Part shown: piece by piece, positions 9,865 to 16,941 of the stretch
Layout of the letters: every line of letters begins with the position of its first letter
Numbering within the stretch: position 1 is the first letter of the stretch
DNA from: a virus
Virus record (IMG/VR): IMGVR_UViG_3300022307_000001
Span: 1-48,173 of that record
Reading direction: 5' to 3' (one strand)
Length of the DNA stretch: 48,173 nt
Position numbers and translations under genes: made by a program
Notes under the pieces: model-generated
What the model was told of the DNA's origin: nothing
Databases searched by the model: none
The model's input: only the letters and a program-made list of their open reading frames with translations

Positions 9865-10506
9865 TTAGCATCCACTTGATTGATTGACGTTCATCTGCAA
9901 TTCAGCGCTATTGGTGTAGCTATTTACCACCATTCTCACAGCTGTCACCCCAAGGTCGCATACAGATTGTAAATCTGTTGTTTTAGCTGACAATGCTGTT
10001 ACAGCAATCCAGTTTGGAGTTGTCCCGGCTGCCAAGACATTGTTTGTCGCCTGCTGAACTGTGTAATTTACCGTTCCTGTGACATTAACTCCTATCATGG
10101 CACCATTAGAGCTGTATGCGTCTATTGGTATTGTCTTGCTTGCAACTTCATCGGTCGTGCCGATAGTGACATTGCCTGCCGCCGCTCCTGATGCTGTTAT
10201 ACTGGTTATTGTTTTAAAATACCCTGTGGTGGTCTCAGTGCTTGGCGTTCCTGCGCCACCGGCAAGAACCTCAGTTAATGCCTCGCCGTTTGCGTCTGTG
10301 CCTACGTATGTGAACGTAATTCCGGCATCGTTACCTGCTGTTATTTGGTCTATTCTATGTGCCAGACCATCGGCAGATGTATATGTCCCGCCAGATATCA
10401 AGGCTCCGTCTAAGGTTAGCGCCCCCGCACCAGCGACCGCTTGAACAGTAAACAGTCCGTTATCGTCGGCATCATCTATATCAAAATCAAATTCTTTAAT
10501 TCTCAT
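9865..10506 (-). CDS. hypothetical structural protein (Ala/Gly/Thr-rich)
   Basis: 213-aa ORF between the beta-helix gene and the Zn-ribbon gene in the late operon. Confidence 0.55.
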   Translation of the reverse strand: MRIKEFDFDIDDADDNGLFTVQAVAGAGALTLDGALISGGTYTSADGLAHRIDQITAGNDAGITFTYVGTDANGEALTEVLAGGAGTPSTETTTGYFKTITSITASGAAAGNVTIGTTDEVASKTIPIDAYSSNGAMIGVNVTGTVNYTVQQATNNVLAAGTTPNWIAVTALSAKTTDLQSVCDLGVTAVRMVVNSYTNSAELQMNVNQSSGC

Positions 10507-10587
10507 ATGCTTCTCCTTATAGCAAAAAGCCCTCCGGAGAGGGCAGTCTGCATCTCTTACTTATCCCGAACTGTTCTTTTAGTCACT

Positions 10588-11505
10588 TTATACAGCCGCT
10601 GTTCCTAAGACGATACCATGAACATCTACACCAGCATCATCGACGATGTAGCTTTCCATAGACGACATATTGCCGATATCGTAATTAGCCGCAGTAGTCG
10701 CCAGCCCACCAGAAAGCATATTCCTTGAAAACCATCCGGTCGCAGCCGCATCCAACTCAACCGCCAGATCACCTGCTGTGGTGCTGTTGTTCATAAACAT
10801 ACTGTCGTGGATATTGGCTCTAAGAATCTCGTCGCAAGAAGCGGGAGTGGTGTTGTCGAGAGCGTGTTCTCCGAAATGGCCCATAACATCACACCAGCCG
10901 ATTTCCAAGTCGTCGCAACCGTCAACAACAATACCGGATGTGCTTGAAGCAGTATGAAGTGAATGAAATTTACACCCCAGAATCTTGACAAACTGGGCAT
11001 CAGTCGCAGTTAGATGGTTAGTGAATTGACTTGTAGCGTGAACAACAGTTTCACAGCCAATAATCTCGGCACTGTCAGCAGTTATGTTAATAGCATTTGT
11101 GACCGTTGTGGCTACTGCGCCAAGGTCGAATCTTATGTTCATCACTTTTACTGAGGCAGCAGAAATCGCCAACGTAGCTGCCAAGGCACCAAAAGTAATT
11201 GTTGGGCGGTCAGAACCATTACCAAGACCGATTATTGAGATACCTGCTACATCGGCAGTAATACTCACTAGCGGGTCTTCGCTATGGCCTGCCATTACAT
11301 AGATAATATCGCCTTTGTTGGCGGTACATTTGCCTATGGCATAGTCTATGGTTGCAAAAGGATGATTAGTGTCTTTACCTGAGTTGCCATCTGAACCAGT
11401 GCCAGAATGAACGAAGAAAACCGAGCCGGTTGTTACCGAGCCAACGGTTGGAAGAACGGGAATCCCAAAGCTGGAGATTCCATTAGAATAATTAGTTAAA
11501 CCCAT
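10588..11505 (-). CDS. right-handed beta-helix (pectate-lyase-fold) protein
   Basis: 305 aa. The N-terminal signature VFFVHSGTGSDGNSGKDTNHPFATIDYAIGKCTANKGDIIYVMAGHSE is typical of DUF1565/pectate-lyase-like proteins. It is followed by repetitive I/V-x-G/N coils. Confidence 0.55.
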   Translation of the reverse strand: MGLTNYSNGISSFGIPVLPTVGSVTTGSVFFVHSGTGSDGNSGKDTNHPFATIDYAIGKCTANKGDIIYVMAGHSEDPLVSITADVAGISIIGLGNGSDRPTITFGALAATLAISAASVKVMNIRFDLGAVATTVTNAINITADSAEIIGCETVVHATSQFTNHLTATDAQFVKILGCKFHSLHTASSTSGIVVDGCDDLEIGWCDVMGHFGEHALDNTTPASCDEILRANIHDSMFMNNSTTAGDLAVELDAAATGWFSRNMLSGGLATTAANYDIGNMSSMESYIVDDAGVDVHGIVLGTAAV

Positions 11506-11606
11506 TTTGCCACTCCTTCAAGAAGCAGTAGTAAGGGCTGGTTAGACCCTTACTACCAGCAGTTGTTTAAAAAGCTATCTCTGCACTATACAAAGATAGG
11601 TATTCA

Positions 11607-12503
11607 TCAAGCACCTGGGCTACCAAAAGCACCCCAAGGCATTGACCAGCCACGGCTCCACCTTGCTCTGACTTTATATTTTGCATCGTCAGTGTCAAAG
11701 TCGTTGCCCTGATAATGGTCAGGTGTTACACGCCAGAACCAATTCAGTTCATGCTCATCACAAAGGATGAACCAGGCGTCGGAATCTGTTAAATAGTCAT
11801 TTACAACGATTTCAAGGCCGAGACTATTGGCAGGGTTTATTGCGTTGTTGCCGGTTGACGGCTCTTGGGTTGAGTTAAGAATCTTTTTAGCGTTCCATTC
11901 ATTGCTTGGGGCGATAACAAGTTTCTTCGGCATCAGATTAAGCAAAATACCTCTATCGTCTGTGGTAGCACGTAGGTCGATCATTGCTTGTTCAAGAGAT
12001 GTTTCACTCAAGTCTGCGGCTGTTGAAAGCTCGTTTTTCTGTGTTCCGCCACCAACAAGTGGATGGTCTGTTGCAAAAAGCTCTTTTGCATCGCCACCAG
12101 TGTCATAGGTGGTTACAAAACCATTGTTGAACATATTCGCTGCATCGGTTTCGATAGTCGCTCTGGTTGACCTGGCAAGTGCGGCAGGTAGCTTTTGAAT
12201 CGCACGGTAAAGATCATCTTCGATCATTTCCTTGGTAATGCGATACGCCAAAGAGCGGGTTGTATGGGTGTATCTTTTGTCATACCCCTGGATTGGGTCG
12301 TCGTAGGTAGAAGAAGCGCCTTCGCTTTTATCAACCAACAATCCGAATCCGGCAACGTAAGAATCATCTTCATACTGCCTCTGTGAAGTGTTCATATTAT
12401 ACAATCTGGTGTACTGAGGCGGTTTTTCACCAAACTTATTCATAAATAAGGCTCGCAAACCAGGAGCCATCAAATCACCGAAACTTCCTCGTAACATAGT
12501 CAT
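11607..12503 (-). CDS. major capsid protein (HK97 fold, Mu gpT-like)
   Basis: 298 aa. LRALFMNKF...PQYTRLY...ITKEMIEDDLY parallels the Mu gpT pattern (L..LF..F...PqY....diEDD..g.Y). It follows scaffold and decoration-like genes. Confidence 0.75.
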   Translation of the reverse strand: MTMLRGSFGDLMAPGLRALFMNKFGEKPPQYTRLYNMNTSQRQYEDDSYVAGFGLLVDKSEGASSTYDDPIQGYDKRYTHTTRSLAYRITKEMIEDDLYRAIQKLPAALARSTRATIETDAANMFNNGFVTTYDTGGDAKELFATDHPLVGGGTQKNELSTAADLSETSLEQAMIDLRATTDDRGILLNLMPKKLVIAPSNEWNAKKILNSTQEPSTGNNAINPANSLGLEIVVNDYLTDSDAWFILCDEHELNWFWRVTPDHYQGNDFDTDDAKYKVRARWSRGWSMPWGAFGSPGA

Positions 12504-12514
12504 TTGTTAGTCTC

Positions 12515-12985
12515 CTATAACGCGGCTACGTAGCCATTAAATGCTGATTTTTCAATAACGAAACGAACTCTGCCATTTGCGCCTACTGCATCACTAGGAT
12601 GTAGCTCAATAATGCGGCAGATAACTTCTGTGGTTGCGTCTTCGTTTACTTCCATGATCCCGGTTGTACCTTCAATATCAACTGCTGTTCCGATAAGGGC
12701 TACGGCAGAGGAACCAGAACACTGGCCTTCAAATACTGTGTCTGAGTTTGCTACATAAACTGGTACAAGAGTGTTGGCAGTTGCCGAAACACTTGGTGCT
12801 GCCATAACCCCGTCGATTGTGCCGGATGTTGACGTTGATATTGCTACCTGCCCGGACGAAAGAGTAATTGCATCGCCTTTGGCAAGTGTTTGTGTGGTCG
12901 CAACAGGCATCCACACAACAGCTGGTGGGCCTCCTGAGAGGGTGTAAGCTGGTTTAAACCCATTAGGGTTATCGGTATTAGCCAT
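12515..12985 (-). CDS. putative head decoration protein
   Basis: 156-aa beta-rich ORF immediately upstream of the MCP. Its layout (GDAITLSSGQV...GVMAAP...VYVANSDTVFEG) recalls gpD/DUF2190-type decoration proteins. Confidence 0.45.
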   Translation of the reverse strand: MANTDNPNGFKPAYTLSGGPPAVVWMPVATTQTLAKGDAITLSSGQVAISTSTSGTIDGVMAAPSVSATANTLVPVYVANSDTVFEGQCSGSSAVALIGTAVDIEGTTGIMEVNEDATTEVICRIIELHPSDAVGANGRVRFVIEKSAFNGYVAAL

Positions 12986-13118
12986 TTTTGGCCTCCTTGA
13001 ATTAAATTATACGTTAAAGTTAAATTACTACAGGTGCATACTTTAAGTATGGAGGCATCTTCGGTCTGGACGACCTGGCTTTTTGATGAAGGGTAGGCGA
13101 TGAACCTACCCTGTGAGC

Positions 13119-13589
13119 CTATCGAGCGCGGTTGTGTTCTGTATCTTCTAGCCGCACTTGATTCTTTAGATTTTGTGCTGCCATAATCTCTCTTGCGCCA
13201 CGGCTCCTCTCTTTTGTTACCTTTTGGAAATGCGCTTCCCGTTGTTTGGCGAGACCTTCGGGTATTTCCATTAAAATCATTTCATTTCTTTTTACTACAG
13301 AACCATCTGAGGTTGGTTCGTTGTAATGCTTGCCATCGGCTACGATCCAGCCTTCGGTTTTTTTGTTGTTAACCTTATGTGGCGGTACAAATCTGGGCCT
13401 GAACCCTTCATGCTTACCTGCCAGTTTCATTTTATCTGCTGCCCAAGGATTCTCACCTGCTTCCCAAGGGGCGGTTTCTTTATCTCTAACCCTTAGATGA
13501 ATCTCACACAACCCGTCTTCTTTGGCTGGCCGTGTGCATCTTGTCCCTTTTCCAGTTTCTGCTTTGCAAATCTCTTTATCTGGTTCCAT
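13119..13589 (-). CDS. hypothetical head-module protein with an N-terminal Cys/His cluster
   Basis: 156 aa. CKAETGKGTRCTRPAKEDGLCEIH looks like a CCCH metal site. The rest is basic. Confidence 0.5.
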   Translation of the reverse strand: MEPDKEICKAETGKGTRCTRPAKEDGLCEIHLRVRDKETAPWEAGENPWAADKMKLAGKHEGFRPRFVPPHKVNNKKTEGWIVADGKHYNEPTSDGSVVKRNEMILMEIPEGLAKQREAHFQKVTKERSRGAREIMAAQNLKNQVRLEDTEHNRAR

Positions 13590-13633
13590 TTATACCCTCG
13601 TAACATATTTTGATTAAAATAGCAATAGTAAAG

Positions 13634-14380
13634 TTATCGCCTAGTTATGGCAAGTTGTTGTGCGTACTGCTTCTCTGATACGCCAAGGAAGTTTGCCATT
13701 TGCTTCTGCTCTGGTGAAAGTTCAACTTTACCTTTTGATGGTTCATACCCTCCGCCTGTATCTACAGAACCACGGTTCATATCGTCGTCTGATTTGCCTT
13801 TCAGACGTAGATGGTGGTTGTAAAGTGCTTTCGCGGGGTTGGGAGAACTCATTATTTCGTCACGAAGTACGGAATCTGTTTTCATTTTATTGGCAATTGT
13901 TTCTGCAACTTGATAGTAGTCATCATAAACAGCTGCCATTGCCGCCTCTTGCGCAAGTAATGTTTGGTTAATCTCTTGCACTGGTTTCTTTGATTCAGGC
14001 ACCTTGTACGGTTCTGGTTTGGGTGCCATTTCACGCTTAATCTTGTCCATCATCCACTGGTCATAACCAACAGGGTCTTCTGCTGGGTCAGGTCTGGCAG
14101 GTTCCGGTATTTTCTTTTCAACTGTGCTTATTGATTCAGCCAGTTTACGGTTGTGTTCGGCTAACTCTGCAAGCATTTTCTCTGTTTCAGAGAGTTTGGT
14201 TTTATGCTCTTCAATGCTGCGCTCTGCTGTCTTCCACTTACCGTAGATATCCTTAAATCTTGGATGGTCTGCCGGTGGTTCGTTTTCCTGCTCAGCTGGC
14301 TCTTTTGGTGGTTCTTCTTTTGCTAACATTCCTGCCATTGCTGGATCGTCTTTGCCTGGTAATTCTTTGGTCTCTTCCAT
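13634..14380 (-). CDS. putative scaffolding protein
   Basis: 248 aa, acidic, Pro/Glu-rich N-terminus, long coiled-coil-like helices (TKLSETEKMLAELAEHNRKLAESISTVEKK). It lies between portal and MCP. Confidence 0.55.
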   Translation of the reverse strand: MEETKELPGKDDPAMAGMLAKEEPPKEPAEQENEPPADHPRFKDIYGKWKTAERSIEEHKTKLSETEKMLAELAEHNRKLAESISTVEKKIPEPARPDPAEDPVGYDQWMMDKIKREMAPKPEPYKVPESKKPVQEINQTLLAQEAAMAAVYDDYYQVAETIANKMKTDSVLRDEIMSSPNPAKALYNHHLRLKGKSDDDMNRGSVDTGGGYEPSKGKVELSPEQKQMANFLGVSEKQYAQQLAITRR

Positions 14381-14691
14381 TATTGTTCCTCGTTTGAATT
14401 TGCGTCTGTGCAGAGTATATCACTCTCGTTGACGATTATGCAGTCGTTATAAGCCCTATCCATTACAGGCACGTTATAACCACTGTACCTTCCTATTAAA
14501 ACCCTCTCGCCTACTTTGTAGTCGGCTTCTGTAGTACCTGATGCAACTACTTCACATACCATTGATGCGTCCTTGCTTTGCGGTGCTACGATTATCATGC
14601 CTTGATATTCCTGTATCTTCCTCAGAATAAGCCTTGCGCCAAATGGCCGCCATTCTACTTTAAGTGTTTCCATCCTCATCCTCAATTTCAA
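14380..14691 (-). CDS. GroES/Cpn10-like co-chaperonin
   Basis: WRPFGARLILRK...GMIIVAPQSKDASMVCEVVASG...YKVGERVLIGRYSGYNV...IIVNESDILCT aligns by eye with E. coli GroES IRPLHDRVIVKR...GEVLAVG...VKVGDIVIF...LIMSESDILAI. The true start is probably an internal Met. Confidence 0.6.
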   Translation of the reverse strand: MKLRMRMETLKVEWRPFGARLILRKIQEYQGMIIVAPQSKDASMVCEVVASGTTEADYKVGERVLIGRYSGYNVPVMDRAYNDCIIVNESDILCTDANSNEEQ

Positions 14692-14890
14692 GTTTAATCT
14701 GTTCCGGCAGGTCGATAACCTCTTTTAACTGATCGGCCCCGGCGTTCCAATTTGCTGCTTCCTCAAGTTTTCCTGCTGATAATGCACCGTGTACTTTTTC
14801 GTCACTGTGTCTCAGTAAAGCCCGTACCCGTTCAAAATAGTCCTGTGTGACTTCATCCTCAAGCCATCTTGTCACATCCCCTTTTTTCAT
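14660..14890 (-). CDS. hypothetical protein
   Basis: 76-aa acidic ORF overlapping the portal stop by 4 nt. Confidence 0.5.
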   Translation of the reverse strand: MKKGDVTRWLEDEVTQDYFERVRALLRHSDEKVHGALSAGKLEEAANWNAGADQLKEVIDLPEQIKLEIEDEDGNT

Positions 14891-16941
14891 AAATTACCCC
14901 CTGGTAGTTGAATTTGCGCTGTGGCAGGTTGCCCAGATGATGGCGGTTTTTCGGCTTGAGGAGGAGCCGGTTGCGGCATACCAGGAGAGGGAGTACCCAT
15001 TAACTGGGCCTGCTCTGCTTCAACTGCCGCCATCATCTGAGTTTCCTGAATGTGTTTTGTAAATGCGAGTTTATATTCTTTTGGTAGTCCCTTATACAAA
15101 TCTGTTTGAGAGAAGTTTAAATGCACCAGCATATGATCTTTATGATTTTCGCCTGGTTTTGGTTTTATATCCAAATCGCCTTGCGCAACTTTAGCATTTT
15201 CTACCATTGGGCTTGTTGGCATTTCAGGCATATCGGGCAGGATCAAGGAACGGTTTCTTTTCTCGTATGTGTCTAGTAAATCAGATGTAAGTGCGTGAAG
15301 TGCTACTGGATTTTGCCCAACCAATGGATTTGTTATCAGAACTTGGTATAACTCCATAGCCTCTTGTCGTTGCATATGCCTTGAAGCAAATGTTGGGTCT
15401 CCTTGTGGGATTACATCGTGAACACCTGAAAAGTCCTCTTTTTTGGTCTCTTTAAACGCTATTTTATCTGGCGACTCCATTACCCGATATTGTTTTGCAT
15501 CGGTTAAATAAAGCTGGTTTAAGGTCATTATAAGCCTTAGTTCTTTACGCACAGACCGTAGAATCCTCTTTGTAAGCACGGCAAATGTAATCAAACCCTG
15601 TTCAATTACTGCCATTGTGCCGGATGCGGTGGGTGTTTTAACCCCTTTTTGCTGTCTACCGGATAAAAGCTCTGTGGCCGATGTGAATTGCTCTGAATAT
15701 TGCTGGATAAGGCCAAGCGCCATGAAAAGAATCTGGTCTACACGCTGCACGTTGGGGAAGTTAATAGCGCTTGCGTCTTCAACTTCGTACATTCCGCCTG
15801 GTTTTATCTTTATTTTCCTGCTTTTGAATCCGGCACGTCTTGAATAGAAGCCAAAAGGCTGATTTGACAGCCTGCCAGAATCAAAAATCTGGTTAAAAGC
15901 TGTATTAGCCATTTCATTTAACGGTTCTAGGAAATGCCCGAAACCAAAAGAGTACCAACCCTCTGGATTTGGTATAAAATGGTAGTCGATGAAGTAATTC
16001 AAGGTAACTTTTTTGTTTCCAACCTCGTATTCACGCACAACCGCACGTAAAAGATAGCCGGTGTCTTTATGCACCCAAAAGATAACAGGTTTTTTGACTC
16101 CATCGACTTTCCAAACACGGTGTTGCTCCAGTACAAGCCCTGGTTCGTCTGTTGACCGTTCTGGTGATTCGCCTGCCACTATATCGGCTGTTTGTTTTAG
16201 TGCCGGATCATCTGTGTCACTCTTAGAAGGTGTATCAGGCGGGTCTTCTTTTAAAGGGAAATCCCTATAAAACTCAGAGTCTATTCTGTCTTCTACCTCG
16301 TCTGGATGAAACCAGAGGCGATGTGTCATTCTTCTGGCTGTTTTTAGGCTCTTTGTCTTATACGGTACTACAAAGTCAAGGGCGCTTATGAAGTGGCTTT
16401 CTGGTCTGTCATTGTCTTTGTCCCATGTCAATTTTCTGACGGCAATACCATTTATGGGCAATAGTTGGAGGGTTCTGTCGAATGTATCTTCATACTCTTC
16501 CATATCAAACAGAAGCTGCCAGTTTAGAAAAGCCTCCACGTTTTTACTTCGTTTAATATCGTTCTCACCTACCGGGATTGTTTTAACAACACCAGGAGCA
16601 GCAAAAATAGACTGATAAGACCTTGCATGCATCTGGTTTGAAGCGCCGGCAAGCATTGGGATGCAAACATTACTAGCCCCAGGCCACGGATCTGTTTTAG
16701 GCTCTCTGTAGCACGTCCATAGTTTATAGTATCTGTTTCTTTTTTCTTCCCATTCTGACCTTGACCGGATATCAGCATCGTAGTCTTCAATGACAGTTTG
16801 AGCGATTAGTTTCTGTTCTTCTTCGCTAAAATTACCGGCTATGTTAACCGTTGCTTTCTCGCCTGCTGTTTTCATTTCAATATCCTGTCCATTGGTTTGC
16901 TGTTGACTTATGGTTGTCTTCTTCGTCGTCTTCGTCTTCAT
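14887..16941 (-). CDS. portal protein
   Basis: 662-684 aa, directly downstream of TerL. The maximal ORF overlaps TerL by 65 nt. The ATG at 16875 (MKTAGEK..), just after the TerL stop at 16877-16879, is the more likely start. Confidence 0.7.
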   Translation of the reverse strand: MKTKTTKKTTISQQQTNGQDIEMKTAGEKATVNIAGNFSEEEQKLIAQTVIEDYDADIRSRSEWEEKRNRYYKLWTCYREPKTDPWPGASNVCIPMLAGASNQMHARSYQSIFAAPGVVKTIPVGENDIKRSKNVEAFLNWQLLFDMEEYEDTFDRTLQLLPINGIAVRKLTWDKDNDRPESHFISALDFVVPYKTKSLKTARRMTHRLWFHPDEVEDRIDSEFYRDFPLKEDPPDTPSKSDTDDPALKQTADIVAGESPERSTDEPGLVLEQHRVWKVDGVKKPVIFWVHKDTGYLLRAVVREYEVGNKKVTLNYFIDYHFIPNPEGWYSFGFGHFLEPLNEMANTAFNQIFDSGRLSNQPFGFYSRRAGFKSRKIKIKPGGMYEVEDASAINFPNVQRVDQILFMALGLIQQYSEQFTSATELLSGRQQKGVKTPTASGTMAVIEQGLITFAVLTKRILRSVRKELRLIMTLNQLYLTDAKQYRVMESPDKIAFKETKKEDFSGVHDVIPQGDPTFASRHMQRQEAMELYQVLITNPLVGQNPVALHALTSDLLDTYEKRNRSLILPDMPEMPTSPMVENAKVAQGDLDIKPKPGENHKDHMLVHLNFSQTDLYKGLPKEYKLAFTKHIQETQMMAAVEAEQAQLMGTPSPGMPQPAPPQAEKPPSSGQPATAQIQLPGGNL

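Noticed and set aside
3320-11302. Many + strand ORFs of 60-144 aa inside the structural genes (for example 3914..4348, 8373..8795, 10079..10444, 11084..11302)
   Set aside because: All are antisense to long, tightly packed late genes. Their A/V/S/P-rich composition is typical of the reverse frame of T/G/A-rich structural proteins. None has a start context.
10791-16790. Same-strand nested ORFs 10791..11000, 12729..12914 and 16569..16790
   Set aside because: They are out-of-frame ORFs wholly inside the beta-helix, decoration and portal genes, with no independent signals.
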